Shown here piece by piece: positions 38,724 to 52,775 of a stretch of 64,000 nucleotides of DNA (the first letter of the stretch is position 1; each line of letters opens with the position of its first letter). Origin of the DNA: Mytilus trossulus (taxonomy: Eukaryota); NCBI RefSeq assembly GCF_036588685.1, contig NC_086379.1, positions 23,994,001-24,058,000 of the forward strand, read 5' to 3'. The notes under the pieces are model-generated. The model was not told the origin of the DNA. It made no database searches and saw only the letters and a list, made by a program, of their open reading frames with translations. Made by a program: the position numbers and the translations under genes.

Positions 38724-41046
38724 TAAATGTAATGCTTATATGTTTTGATTGTTCTACTTTTAATTCTGTTTCCTTTTAATTTCTGGTAATTATGCCTAAA
38801 ATATAGGATTCATTTCTTTTGAATGTGGCTTTAACAGTTGTTTAATTTCTATTTTTGAGTTGTCACATTGATCATGTTAAAGTGTAAATGATATAAACTT
38901 TTATCAATGTAATGAGGTAGAATACTTTTTTTGGAGATTTTACTTACTTGTGACTGGGATAAATAATTTTGACTTCCTGACTCTTCTGATGTAACTGTAT
39001 ATTCGGATGCTGAAATTTCAATCTGAAAAATAATGATGTATTTTGTTTACATTTTTTGAAATCCTGAATGTGCTAAATGCATTAACACATTTTTAGTTTT
39101 CAAACATAATTAATTACTATAGAAACAAAATATTTTTTTTTTTAAATATCATGGTCTGTATACAGTATCTAATTTTTGCACTTAACTATATTCTAACCTT
39201 GTTTTAAGTAAAACAGTTTTTACCACCGACAAATATATATTTTGTTTTGGTACATAAGACACAGACACATGTACTAGTATATAATACATAAACCTGTTTA
39301 TAAAATCTTTACATTTAAACATCAAACATCGAACATCAACAAAAAAAGTAACGTCAGAAAAACAAATGCAAATATATACTTTAGTTAAAATTAAATGTAT
39401 TTCTTAGCAAAATGAACAATTTCTATGTGCTTTTATTTTGCACTTTTATCAATTGAGAAGGTAATTTTAATTTAAATTTTGTAATTCAAAATCATTGCAA
39501 AAAGGGACAGATTTATAAAGGAGGGGATGCTAGTTTTCCTCGTTGCATTGTTTTACAATTGTCTTTTGGGGGCCTTTTGTAGCTAACTCTGTGATTTATG
39601 GGTTTTTCTTATTGTTGAAGACATAAGAATGACCATTAGCTATTTGCTTCAATGCCTTTGGTCTCTGGTGGAGATTTGACTTGTTGGCTATTAGTATTAT
39701 ACCACATCTTTTTGTTTTTGTATGAATTGTGCCCAAAAAATTATAAATATGTTGTTCTTGTGTTGAAATAATGCAACTGATGACTAAAATATCCTTTACC
39801 TTGTTATAATTGTCTAATATTTTAGGGTCACAACCTCCCCCCCTAAACCACCCCCAAATAAAAACTAAAATAACCCAATTATATCAAAAATGACACTAGC
39901 TGTGCTTACAAGATTATCGCAAATATTTTCTTTTTCTGTTAACACATCCAACTGGTCAGTCTCCATGAGATATGTTTCATCATCTGTATCTAATTTTGTG
40001 CATTGCTGAATCTGTTAAATACAAATATAAAGTCTATTGATAAGAAATGTATTGGTTATTCAATACTTTTTGGTACATCCTGTCAACATTTATTTTCTTT
40101 CTTGGACTGATTTAAATTTAGATTTTATTATCCAGGGGCCCTTGCCCTTTATAGCCTTTCCATTCCAAAAGAATTGTTTTCATTGCAAACCCATACAGTA
40201 ACCTGCATTTGTTCATATCTGTGTTCTTTGGTGGGTAGCTGTTTCATTGCCCATCATTCAACATCTCTATGTAGAATGTATATTGAACAAACATACAGTC
40301 AATTAGGCATAAATATATATGCTAACCACCTATATCTTAACATGTTATGGTGCAATGTATCTGTGGTACACAAAATTATTCATCTAGTGATACTGGTGTC
40401 AGACAGGTTTACCATGTTTACAAAGAAAAATTCTGACTCTTTTTTTTATTTTTTTGTTCCAGTAAATTAGGTAAAGAGTTTATTGACCCTATATGGAATT
40501 TGAATAAAGTGTATAATTAGTTAAGCAGTTAGGGTTGGTATGCATTGGAATTTTTTTTTATTCATATTTATGTTTAAAGAGCTTGCTGTACATGAAATTT
40601 TAGATAAATTCACAGACACATGTACTCTGATTGTTAAAACAATGTTTTGTTTGCCTTACCTGGTCATCCTCACGCTTTCCTTGATCAAGACTTTCAGCTT
40701 CTATCTCTGTGGACTGCTTGGAAATTTTAATAAGGCAGCTAGTGCATGCAGCTGAAAAAAAGAAGCATTGACTTGACATAGGCTGTTTTGATCATTCTGA
40801 AATGTGCATCTTTAGATAATTTTTGAAAGGGCATATGGGTTGTTTAAATATATTGGATTTTTTCTCATATGTGGGTTCAATCATTCCTGAAAACTTACAT
40901 AATACATGTACATGAATATGGTTGATCAATAGAAACTTTACAGCAATGGTTATGTTTATATTGAGATTGAAGAGATCAACACATAGTTTTTACAGACATC
41001 TTACATGTAACAGAAAAGATCAACATGTTCATGTCTATGACCTATT

Positions 41047-41275
41047 GAGGGGGTCTCATTTGGGGTTCCGATCCCGGATCCCGCTTACCGTTTTGTCAGA
41101 TTCCCGTATCCCGCTTTAAACACTATGTGCGTAAGCAATTATCATTTTTTTGTCATCTCCCAGGTCTCGCAAGACCTCATTTCCCGTTTTCAAGACACAA
41201 TAATTTGACTTTCACGTTTCACGCTTACGAAAAATCGGCAATCCCGTGTCACGCTTAGACCCCAATGAGACCCAC
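41047..41275. mobile_element. MITE with GGGTCTCATT(T)GGGGT TIRs
   Basis: GAGGGGGTCTCATTTGGGGT ... ACCCCAATGAGACCCAC, flanked by TATT/AATT. Confidence 0.7.
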
Positions 41276-43640
41276 AATTGACATATAAATTGCACCCCAC
41301 TGATATATAGTTTTATATAAACAGAAATCAGTACCTCAGTAGGATTCCTCCCCTTATTAGGAAGCTTCCATTTGATTTTTAAAGGGATAAAGGATAAAAA
41401 AAAATAAAAAAAGGCAGGACAAGAGCCTCAGAAGTTTTGATGGAAAAAAAGATGAACAACTTTGTCCACAAAATGGCAGGATGACAAATAATGTAAAAAA
41501 AAAGTCAGAATTAAATCAATGAAAGAATAAAACAATACCCAATATCTAGTCAGAGTGATAAATAAAACGGCAAGAAAGAGATAATCTCAGATTACAACTA
41601 AAAAAAGTACAGGACCCCCCCCCCCCTAAAAATTCAAATGGTAGCTAAAAACTTTTAAAAGGGTTTCTTTTGTATTTCTAGAGTGTTATTTAAAAAAGTA
41701 TTGAACAAATGTAAACTATACCAGGCAATTGGAAGAAAAAAAATAAACAGTCATAATAAATATATTAATTTAGTTTTTAACTTACGCGTTCCAATAGGAA
41801 GTGTGAGGCCATAACACTTCTGAATCTTTTCTACATCAGTGATGGTGATATTGCGGCTAGGCTTTGGCTTTTTTACACCAACAACAGAGTGTGATGCTAC
41901 TGGAGGAGGTGCACTAATCAAAGTAGGAAGCTGACATACTTTTCTAGATATTTAGGATAACATATATCCTTCATCAGTACGATTATGATGTAAAATTAAT
42001 CATATCGATGTAGATAATGCCATTGAAACCGGGTGGAAATGGGCATCATAAAGACTCGGTTGTAGTATTATGGATTCTTTATTAAAGGTCTTAGTAAACG
42101 GTTGTCTCGTATAAAGACCCTACAAAACATAATTATAAAATACTATAAATACAGGTGCAAAGATAGATAACTCTGACATGTTTATGAACAAGTACATTGC
42201 ACTGTATAACATCACATTTAATATTTTGTTTACATGTTTTCAACCTCTCTGCAACCTTTATATGGACATGGTTTTATTAGAAATAATCTATCTAACTATG
42301 TATCAATTGTCCAACTTGGTCAAACATGTCAATTAAAGTCAGCTTGATAGATATTTATCTATGTATCTTTTGAATAAAAACTATAATTAGCGCCAAAGCT
42401 TATGCACAGGTAAAAAGTTAAATCATAAAAATACTGAACTCCGAGAAAAATTCAAAACGGAAAATCCATAATCAAATGGCAAAATCAAATCATAAAACAC
42501 ATCAAACGAATGGATAACAAATGTCATATTCCTGACTTGGTACAGGCTTTTCCAAATGTAGAAAAGGGTGGATTGAACCTGTTTTTTGGCGCTATACCTC
42601 TCATTTTCAAGCGTTCATAACAGCACAATTTTATCATACACAAAAAGCGCCTTTCAAGTGTTAATGTCGATCAGTGATGCTCGAGTTAAAAACTTTTAAC
42701 TTGGAACTAGTAAATGTTTTTGATACGAAAACGTTTACATTCTAAGGGTGTTTGCAGGAATGGGTCCTTTCGTTGTGGAACGAAAATATATTTAGCTTTT
42801 ATGTGTATACTTTTCTAGCTAATAAAATCATGCAGGCAATACGTTTTTTATACGATTAGGTGCCTTAATGCAACAGGCAATTCAAATCCTCAGTTGGAAA
42901 GTCTATCTATTACGCTTTATACACTATGCTGTTGTATTAGGGATTTAATTTTTTTTTTTTAAATAAATGCAACAGGGGATTCAGGTTCTACTTTTTCTCG
43001 CTAGTTTCAATGAACTCTGCCCCGTGAGTCTTTTGATCGATTTAATAGTCCCCGGCCTATCTCTTTATTAGAGTAGGGGCATTTATTTTCATCGAGTATA
43101 TAATATGCGTTAAATATTTGTCATTGGGCGTCACAGAATAACTGAATGGAGCAATTATTATGGAATACTATTACATTTTACATATGTTTCAGAAGAATCC
43201 GCTATTCCGATTGTATAACAACGCTTGCGCATCATACTAAAACTAACATTCATATTCCAATGAATTGCAATATTTATAATCGGACACGTGCCATCATAAT
43301 AAAGTGCACAGGTCATTTAAAGAAATAAACGATCATGATAGAAATCGATTTTTTTATGATTATAGCATAAACATGTAATTTTAACAATTGAATGCTTCTT
43401 TTAGTACTCTTATAGGGTTCTACAAGTCTTGACCGTGTGCACAATTCTAGAATGAAGTGCAACATTTTAATCAATCAATAAATCATTTATCCTACCTAAA
43501 TTGTACTAACCATCCAAACCAACAACTTTTATCTGTCGAACTTTAAAAATCATTGATACTAAATGAATAGTACGAACCACCATATTTTTCTAAACCGATA
43601 ACTAGTTCTAACTAATCTTGTGATTTATCCATTTTAAGGT

Positions 43641-44335
43641 GGTTTCCTTCGTATTCATCGGACCAACGACTTCTAGCAGTTCTTGAAACATAGATGGGTC
43701 TATTCTTACAAAGGTCGTAATTGCTGCCTGATTATCCACAGTTCAGCCATGAGGGCATCATACTGGACATGGATAGTCCACATAGAAGCAAGTCCCAGCT
43801 GGTCCACCATCTCCTTCAGTCACACTGTCACGTTTTATTCCGTTTTAAAATGCTACGTTTCAACTACGTTTTTGGATTAAAATGTTATTTTGAAAGCTAG
43901 GGTTTACTAGGTTTGTGCTACGTTCCAATTACGTTTTGCTACGTATTCGTACGTGTAGACCCATGTTTCCACCATGCATTGATACGCTTCAATACGTAGT
44001 AAGTACGTTTTGTTACGTTTCAAGAGCTACGTTTTACTGCGTTTTGAAAGCGTATCAAAACGGGAATATAAGTAACGAAGCAAATCGAAACGTAGTAATT
44101 CTTTGTACAAATCGGGATCTGTCCCGTATGTTTTGAAAATTCAACAACAAACGTAGCGAAAATTGAAACGAAGTAGAACCGCCGACATGCAGCAGTTCCT
44201 GAAACATTAATTTGTCTAGTATAAAAAGGTCGCAACTGCTGCTTAATTTTCTACATGTTTACATCATACCAGACATAAATAGGTCTACGAAGAAGCCATT
44301 CCCTTGTCCACCACCCCATCTGCCTCCAGTCAACT
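43641..44335 (-). mobile_element. Harbinger transposase relics, duplicate copy
   Basis: GWWTREWLLRRPIY and IDPSMFQELLEVVGPM; paralogous to 13441-14150. Confidence 0.7.
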
Positions 44336-45389
44336 CTAAGTCTGTCATCAAGTAGCTTGACCACTACCTTGAGATTTCGTGTCCTATAAATATTCCACTT
44401 CAGCTAATTAATCAAAAACATCAGTTGTTGATTGTTCATGTTTGATAATGTTATATATACCTAAACGACAAAACAAAAACTAACTTGGACCCTTTAAGTA
44501 GGAAGTATTTGTACAGAAGCCTGAAATCATTTTTCTATGGACCGTAATTATCCGTAAATCATTGTGCTAGAACGGAGTAAACTGTAAAAGACTCTGAAAA
44601 ATATTCCTGATCCCCGGCAAACCGTGTTGCAACAAATAAATCGTACCTTTCGTAAAAAATCGTTACGGTAGCAAAAAATATGATTTCCTTACCAAATATA
44701 TGGTGTATCTGTATTAGTACAGGTTCGTTATTGTCAGGAACTCTAAAGTGCATAAAACAAAAACAGAGGAATTTATAAAATCTGAATAATCAGTTAACAA
44801 AATGTGTTTCGATAAATGCATGCATGCTGGCTTTCTTATCACTCACACACATATTGCTAGACTTGTCTAACACAGCACCATCTATAATCAAGAGGGATAA
44901 TATTGACCAATTGAATGAAAGAAATGAACCAATCAAAACATCATATGAGGGTACATACTTATTCATTATTAACTGCGTTTAGTAACTGATTAGGGTTATA
45001 ATTGTGAGTTTTTATGCCATTATTCATACAAAACACATCATTAAACCTTTGTAAGCTTTCACTCTACGAATAATATTTTGAAGAATACTTTACACTCAGA
45101 TGTTTATTTCCAATTTTTTTAATTACATTTCTGACCAATGAAAATCATATCCATTCCGGTGATATTAAACTTATTGCCAGGTAAACGGTAGAAAAGTGGC
45201 ATCTAATTATTTACGTTCTAGTAGATAAGCTACCAATCAAACATCTAGATATGAATACACCTTTTCACCAGGGATTGTTTATATAATAAATACTTATACT
45301 TTACAAATAAGCATACAGATAGATAATTTATAGTCAAGACGGGATTATCTTTTTATGATTTTTTTTGGATTGAACTTTGCAAAAAGAAA

Positions 45390-46295
45390 ATGCTGCGAGC
45401 TACCGTATTTCTCATAGTTATCTCTTGTGATCTGCTTTTACACATATTTTGTCTTGTCATGTTTGCTAAATCATCAAAATTACGAACTTCGAGATTTCAC
45501 AAGTTGGTTCTAAATTTGAGCATAAGTGACACCCTTTTTCTTACCGAAATTATCATTTTTAACAGATTGAATTCGTCCGTTTCTAGATTTGACGAACCAT
45601 TTAGCTATGCGTGTCTTTCTTTAACAGGCGTAACATCAGGGACATATATGTTCTCCCTATATCAATGTTTCCTAGTGTGCTTGGAGCGACTCAATGCAAC
45701 ATTTTGTACAGAACGGCAAAGTGTAAGAAGACTAACGTCTAATATAGGAATTATTTGTGGATGCATTGCTTGTCATCTAGTTACAATTCTCCAAATTGTA
45801 ATTGATGTTTTGCGCTTCAATACACATGCCACGTGGTGCGATATTGGTACAACAACTGACTTCGTTGATATAATCATGCGCGTGCCTGTAGGAATACTGT
45901 GTACGTTGATCGTCGTATTATATACGATAACATTGATCAGGATCTACAAGAAACAAGACAACAACCGTGCGCATACAAATGACAACATATTCAATTTAGC
46001 AAATACAACTAAAAAAGCTTTCAAAACAGTAGGTTTAGTTGTTTTAATTACACTTACAGCTAATGTTCCCAGCTGTTTTGTTGGCATTTATTCTGTATTC
46101 ATCGGACAAAGTGAAGACACCATAAAATGGTTATATTACTGTAATACTTTGATTTTACTAAACCCATTGTTGGATCCATTCATATACGTATTTTGCATTA
46201 AAGATTTTCGTGACCAAATCAACAAGATATTGTGTAGAAGAAACGCTATTCAACCATTGAACAATCCTTACGCTATGGAGATGGTAGAGGGCTAA
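45390..46295 (+). CDS. Single-exon rhodopsin-class orphan GPCR, copy 2
   Basis: 301 aa, same motifs as copy 1; 21 nt and 15 aa differences by manual count; no indels or stops. Confidence 0.92.
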   Translation: MLRATVFLIVISCDLLLHIFCLVMFAKSSKLRTSRFHKLVLNLSISDTLFLTEIIIFNRLNSSVSRFDEPFSYACLSLTGVTSGTYMFSLYQCFLVCLERLNATFCTERQSVRRLTSNIGIICGCIACHLVTILQIVIDVLRFNTHATWCDIGTTTDFVDIIMRVPVGILCTLIVVLYTITLIRIYKKQDNNRAHTNDNIFNLANTTKKAFKTVGLVVLITLTANVPSCFVGIYSVFIGQSEDTIKWLYYCNTLILLNPLLDPFIYVFCIKDFRDQINKILCRRNAIQPLNNPYAMEMVEG

Positions 46296-47809
46296 TCAAC
46301 CTTACGTGTGTGCTAATAACGAATGGAAAAGCGACGTCCTTATTAACAGATCGTCTATAATATTCCAATGAAGCAATTAACTGCGTATAACATCAATGAA
46401 TAATATACTTTTCAAAACGTTTCATGACGATTTTCTTTTCTTATTGACATTAATGATTTAAATCATGTTTTGTGTAATTGCTATCGATGTATTGATGTTG
46501 TTACACATTTAATATTTAGTGATATGTTGTCTGCTAGAAACCATTCGAAATAATAAAAAAAAGTCCCTAAATGGCAGGTCAGAACTTATGTACTTTTATT
46601 TTTGATATCTCAGATACCTTATATCGATGCTTTTTTGCGCGTTTTATTTTCGGTTTGTATGCGAAAATTTTAACCCCAGTAAATTTCCCTACATATTCCA
46701 AGATTGATCAAAATTTGAATTTTTTATATTCTATACTGTTAATTATAATCTTTCGTTTCTTTAAACAGATCATGAGAATGAGCAAAGTTAATTGAAATCT
46801 CTGTCTTCACAATAATATAATCAGCAAAACATGCGTGTCACACATTTTGACAACAACAAAACTAGAAAAAGCAACACGACGGGTGATACATGTGGAGCAG
46901 GATCAACTTACCCTTCCGGAGCACCTGGGATCACCCCTAGTTTTTGGTGAGGTTCGTGTTGTTTATTCTTTAGTTTTATATGTTGTGTCATGTGTACTAT
47001 TCTTTGTCTGTTTGTCTTTTTCATTTTTTGCCATGGCTTTGTCAATTAGTTTTCGATTTATGAGTTTGACTGTGCCTTTGGTATCTTTCGTTCCTCTTTT
47101 AGATTCTGATAGTGACGATCTATTGTATTGATAGGTGTCATAATCCAAACATTACGCATTTAATGTAATAATACTTATCACATTTAAAGGATATTTCTAT
47201 ATTTGTATTGATCAAAACCTTCAATTTTTAGCATGCCCAAATGTGTATAACGTTCCTCAAAAGTCTGTATACTTTCGTTTGGGTTACTCGTATATATTTG
47301 TTTTCGATAATATGTAAGTTAAAGTGGTGTTACTTTCATCTATAACAAAGGGATAGTTATATTTTCGCGTGTATTTTCTCATTCAGCGAAAAGTATACTC
47401 AGTGAAAATTTAACATGCCCATTTTGTTCTTTCACTACATAATTCAAAACTTGGTGACTATGTGGAACGCATCTATCCCATCGAACTAGAGATAAAGGAT
47501 ACTACAGATACAGTAAAGTCGGCTTCATATCTGGACTAACATTTAGAAATTGACAATGAGGGTGGGTTGAAAACAAAACTTTACGACAAAAGAGTTGATT
47601 TCAGCTTTCCCCGATATCCCTATCAAATTTTTATTTTTCGATATAAAATGTTCTGGTAGAATTGGAATAGCGTATCCCTTTCCTATAACTCTTCGAACAA
47701 ACATGGTTGTGCCTATATCTCTACATTAGTGTATTTTGTTTTTTTATTTACTTACATATAAAATTAAACTTGAAGTGACGATTAACTGGTTACATATGCT
47801 AGACACCTG

Positions 47810-48480
47810 GGGTGGTGTTCTCGAAAGTATCCTAAAATTCGTCCTAAGTCATAGATAAGACCAATTTTAGGATGGACTTAGGATCGACTTAGGACACTCT
47901 TAAGTTGTGTCTCGAAGCTCTCTCAGACAAATCTTATGTTAGGATATCCTAAACATATCCTAAGTCGAAATTTTAAATCGTTAAAATATTTTTTTGTAAA
48001 ACATTAATTAAAGACGAAATTATTTAATAAAATTGTTTACGAATTTTATAATAACATGTATAGAATGAAAGGCATAATTACCAATATAATTATATCAAAA
48101 AGGATTGTAATTTAAACTAGAAAACAATTTGTTTTGGAATGAGAATTAAATTTGTAGTGTAATCGTATCGTGAAACACGAAGTTCAAAGTTTAAAATCAT
48201 GCACAATTTCTTTATATACGAGTAAATAACCGATGGTGCGTTTCATTTCATGTTCATTTTCATGTAAAATAATGAGCAAAAAGCGAAATCCAAACTTTAT
48301 TATGCTAGGATGAAGATAGGATGATGTTAAGACACCTTATTGGGTGTCCTAAAGTTAGGACGAAAAATGAGATATACCATAAGTTAAGAGAGCTTCAAGA
48401 ACACGACTTATGACAAAGACTTGTCATAAAATAGACTTAGGACACGTCCTAATCATAAGATAGCTTCGAGAACACCACCC
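47810..48480. mobile_element. PIF/Harbinger-type MITE, recent insertion
   Basis: Perfect 16-bp TIR GGGTGGTGTTCTCGAA / TTCGAGAACACCACCC with 3-bp TSD CTG. The empty site with a single CTG is at 19843-19845 in copy 1. Confidence 0.93.
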
Positions 48481-50313
48481 CTGTTCGATAAGTTGACGCT
48501 CAGGTAAATAAAAGCAAAAGTAGTTTAACGCTGTTCGAAATTCGTAAATCGATTGAGAAAAAAGTCCGGGAAACGCATCAAATATGAGAGGAAAACTACG
48601 ACACAACATAAACACAACATTAAAATGTAACACACACAGAACCGAACTATAATATAGCAATAGCTATTTTCCTCACTTGGTACAGAAAATTTTAAGAAAA
48701 AAAACGGTGATTTGAACCTGCTTTTGTGGCATGCCAACCCTCCCTGCTTTATGGCAATGTTAAATATAACACTCAAATGACAACATTGCATGTCATGACT
48801 ACAATAAAAATAAACATATAGGACAGAGAAACACACGAATTATAACTAACAAAAGTTACCATATTTAAAATTTAATACGTCAGACGTGCGTTTCGTCCAT
48901 ACAAGACCAACAAGTGACGATCAGATGGAAAAAGTTCGAAAAGTACAATGTTGAAAGTACAAAAAGGACTAAAAATTCAAAAACTTTGCGACCAATACGG
49001 CTAGGGTTTTCTGCCTGGGCTATGAACATCCTTATTATTTAGAATAATTCATACTTTTGCAAACAGTAAATTTTATAAAATAACTATATAATAGATATAC
49101 ATGATAAACTTATACAGAATAAAAACGGATACAATACATAAAACAACATAAACTAGCACATGCAAATACACAGCCGAGATAGCCAAAGCCATCAACGCAG
49201 TGACGTCACATTTGAATTTTTAAAAAGATTTTCCAAAGATAAGATGGAATTAAGATTATTTTGAATAATTGAAAATTACAAAACTGATTTATATGAAATT
49301 GTAGTATTAATTATATAATTTATTGTATTATCTAGCTATGTCGGTGATTCTTCTGAATCAAACTGTAAACCAAATATATCGTATAAATATCGTTCATCCA
49401 AACTAAAATCTAATAAATGAACCGGATGGTTAATCATATTTACCATAACAAACGAATACAACAGAAAAAAAATAAGATTTACAAACGTTAAGACATTTAA
49501 CAAAATCTGATGAGAATAACCAATATAACATCAGAACTGAATAGTTTTCATGAATTTGGGATAGAAAAGTACACACACTTTCATTATTCATAACATATTT
49601 TACAGACTATCATTTAATATAGGTGATTTGTATTCACTTGAAAACTTAACAGTGCAGTATATCTGAGAAAATACTATCTGAGTTATTTACATTAACTGAG
49701 ATGTTACTCACCCTTCCGGAGCACATGAGTCACACCAGTGTTTGGTGGGAGTCGTATGGCTTAGTTTTTAGTTTCCTATGTTTTGTCATGATTATTATTA
49801 TTTGTCTGCTGTCTTTTTTTTAATTTGCCTTGTCGTTGACAGTTTATTTTCGATTTATGAGTTTGACTGTCCCTCTGCTATCTTTCGCCCCTTTTTTAGT
49901 ACCTAACTGGAAGAAGTTAAACGAATTCCGGTTCTCCCACTTGCTTTAAAGCTTTTGTCGATAACATGAAAGTTGCAGTAAAATATGGCTTGTTATACGT
50001 CGTTGGTCCTTCATTCTTAACTTTGCTTGCTTTGGTTTTCCTCTCCTCTCGTGGATGCGATCTTACAACTTAATGATAGTTTACAGAATCATCTAGGATT
50101 GAAATCGTTGTAAATTCCTACACTCCATCTCATTTGTAACGAACCTTCAATTTCACTAGCTCTTGCGTGAAACGTATAAGTTGAATACTTTCTGATTATT
50201 TTCTGCTTCTCTAAACTTGCATCTGGATCTCTTGTCTCAAGATAAGTATCAGCTTGTTTCAAAGTTACGGGATTGAATTCGTATTGTTTCTTACAAGTCA
50301 AAGTTTTCCGAAA

Positions 50314-50674
50314 TAGATATAGGAAGATGTGGTGTGAGTGACAATGAGACAACTCTCCATCCAAGTAACAATTTAAAAAGTAAACCATTATAGGTTAAAG
50401 TACGGCCTTCAACACGGAGCCTTGGCTCACACCGAACAACAAGCTATAAAGGGTCCCAAAATTACTAGTGTAAAACTATTCAAACGGGAAAACCAACGGT
50501 CGAATCTATATAAACAAAACGAGAAACGAGAAACACGTATATATTACATAAACAAACGACAACTACTGTACATCAGATTCCTGACTTAGGACAGGTGCAA
50601 ACATTTGCAGCGGGATTAAACGTTTTAACGGATCCAAACCTTCTCCCTTTGTCTGAAACAATAGCATAACATCA
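50314..50674 (-). mobile_element. Interspersed repeat insertion specific to copy 2
   Basis: Flanked by CGAAA on both sides versus a single CGAAA at 21650 in copy 1. Belongs to the abundant family ending GTTGTCTCATTG..CACCACATCTTC. Confidence 0.8.
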
Positions 50675-51649
50675 CGAAAGTTCATTTTGTAAACTGTTCA
50701 TGAGTGTAACCGATCTCTCTCTGTTGGTGATCAAATACTTGTAGTTTTATTAAAAAAACATTCCTTTTATTTCCAAATGATTTGAGACATAATATCGTTC
50801 GCAACAAACCAGCAGTACTGGTTCAGTTACTAACGAACAAACGCCTACCGTTCAATCTAGTTTATTAATATTTTGTACACGTCAGTTAATCGATAACATA
50901 TTGTTTGGAAATTCTCAGAAGGGCGTAAATCTACCAATTTGGACATATAATTGTCTGCGCAGATTTTTAAAGCTAGTCTCCTTTTTCTTGGCTTTTTTTT
51001 ATTAACCGGATTTCAAAATTGTTTTTTAATAAAAAGTCCCTTAGAAGGATGATTTTCAAATAAAATTTTCAAAAACTGTTGTCGAGAGTATATAGTTGAA
51101 CATTAGCAACATATTCTATGAATTGCGTATTTCAAATATATTCAAAATAATGATTTATTAACAAAAATGTTCAATTACTCTAAACAAGAAATGCAATGTA
51201 AAAAGCTACCATTATCTTAAATTCGATTATCAAGCATTTGAGTTTTTCTGAAGAATTAAATAAGAAGTAAAGTCACAAAACTACTGAACCTCGACGACAA
51301 TTCAATCAGAAAGTCCTTAATCACATGGTTAAATCAAATTACAAAACACATCAATCGAATGGACAACGATTTTTCCTGACTTGGTAGAGACATTTTCAAA
51401 TGTAGAAAATAGTGGATTAAACCAGGGCCGCGCAAAAGTCGTCTCTTTGCCACTTGAAAATCAATAACTTCATGTTTATCATCGTCAGTAGAGACAGGAT
51501 GGATAAATTGATTGCTCATCAGTTTTTATTTATGAAAATAAACTATGTTTAAAATCATATACAATTTTATTACATCAAGCTAAAACAGCTTTTATACCTT
51601 GATTGGATAATATTTATTTGTGTATGTGTTCCCTTAAAATACCAAAAAA

Positions 51650-52380
51650 ATCAACAACAAAGATCAAAGCGACACGAACTGCCCCGTTTCAAAAAGTTGA
51701 AAAATCTGCAATTTCAATAACACAATTTTATGTGGACTCAAGCAAGGTGGTAGTCCCACATATCAAAAATCAGCTAAAAATCTGGAGGCGTATAGAAAAA
51801 TGTTCATATAACTGTGACTTTCAACTATTTTCAAAGTTGTAAACACTTAATTTTGACAGAAATTAGCAGACCAGAACGAAACTTAAACTTGATCTGTAAC
51901 TGATTATGGTTAGCTCATATACCTAAAATCAGCCCAATAACTAAAAGCATTCAGATAAAAGGTCCGTATAACTGTGATTCAAAAATTTATCAAAGTACAA
52001 AGCCCAAAATTACAGCAAAAATTAGCCGAGCAGTACGAAATATAAACTTGACCTGTAACTCATCATGGTTAGCTCACATTCCAAAAATCAGCCCAATACA
52101 TGTATCTGAAAGCGATTAGAAAAAAAGTCCGTATAACTGTGATTTTCAACAATTTATCAAAGTCCAATGCCCGTAATTTTGGCAAAAAGGCAAAACTAGT
52201 AGAGCGGAACGAAACTTTAACTTGGTCAGTAACTCATCATATTAACTCACATACTTAAAATCAGCACAATATGTGAAGGTTTTTAGAAAAAAAATCCGTT
52301 TTATAATTTGTTGCGGAATGACGGAATTACGGACAGGGTAAACTATATGGCACCGACAACTTCGTTGCGACGCAATCCAA
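51650..52380 (+). mobile_element. HINE/pearl-like element with ~160-175 bp internal tandem repeats
   Basis: AACTTG(A/G)..(T)GTAACT repeats at ~51887, 52045 and 52219, then a CGGA microsatellite and a 3' hairpin. Confidence 0.65.
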
Positions 52381-52775
52381 ATATTCAAAATTGTCGCATA
52401 TAGTAAGTGGGTCGTTATTAAAACAATTTTCTGAATAAACACAACAGTAGTATACCGCTGTTCGAAAGTCATAAATCGATTGAGGGAAAATTAATTCGGG
52501 TTACAAACTAAAACTGAGGGAAACACATCAAATATAAAGTAAAACAGATTAACGAAACAACAGATATTTTTAAGTGCAACAAAAAGAAAACGACAATGCA
52601 ACACACAGAGAAACGAACTGTTAAATAACAATTGCCATTTCCTGACTTGGTACATGGTATTTTAAGAATAAAAATGATGGATTGAACCTGGTTCTGTGGC
52701 TAGGCAAACCCCCCGTTTTCATGGCAAGTTAAATATAACACAAATATGACAACATCACATGCCAGGACTATAATC

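Larger units (their letters stand above)
30229..41943 (-). pseudogene. Multi-exon Sola3 transposase, frameshifted
   Basis: GT-AG exons join in phase: ~41943-41786 (right end uncertain), 40751-40660, 40011-39910, 39022-38948, 36831-36144 (2 frameshifts), 35585-35365, 34973-34755, 34113-33826, 32947-32663, 31904-31739, 30920-30229. Motifs LPIGTPACTSC, RKSLEGLDY, DHC..ALSD..CSHNH..CESC, the catalytic DWAMKFLP / SDNAGCY / GKGPFDR, a C2HC finger and LGWALK. Confidence 0.88.
28894..42210 (-). mobile_element. Sola3 DNA transposon, 5'-truncated
   Basis: TTAA (28890-28893) followed by a GAG terminus, the Sola3 signature, lies downstream of a Sola3-type transposase. No matching second terminus was seen; the element stops at the duplication junction 42211. 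Confidence 0.75.

Noticed and set aside
28894-42210. Domesticated host gene rather than a transposon
   Set aside because: Two frameshifts, a missing 5' end and a retained TTAA-GAG terminus favour a dead element.
15390-46295. GPCR copies are exactly 30,000 bp apart
   Set aside because: The offset drifts along the duplication (30260 at the start, 30200 near 13.5 kb) because of indels; the round number is a coincidence.
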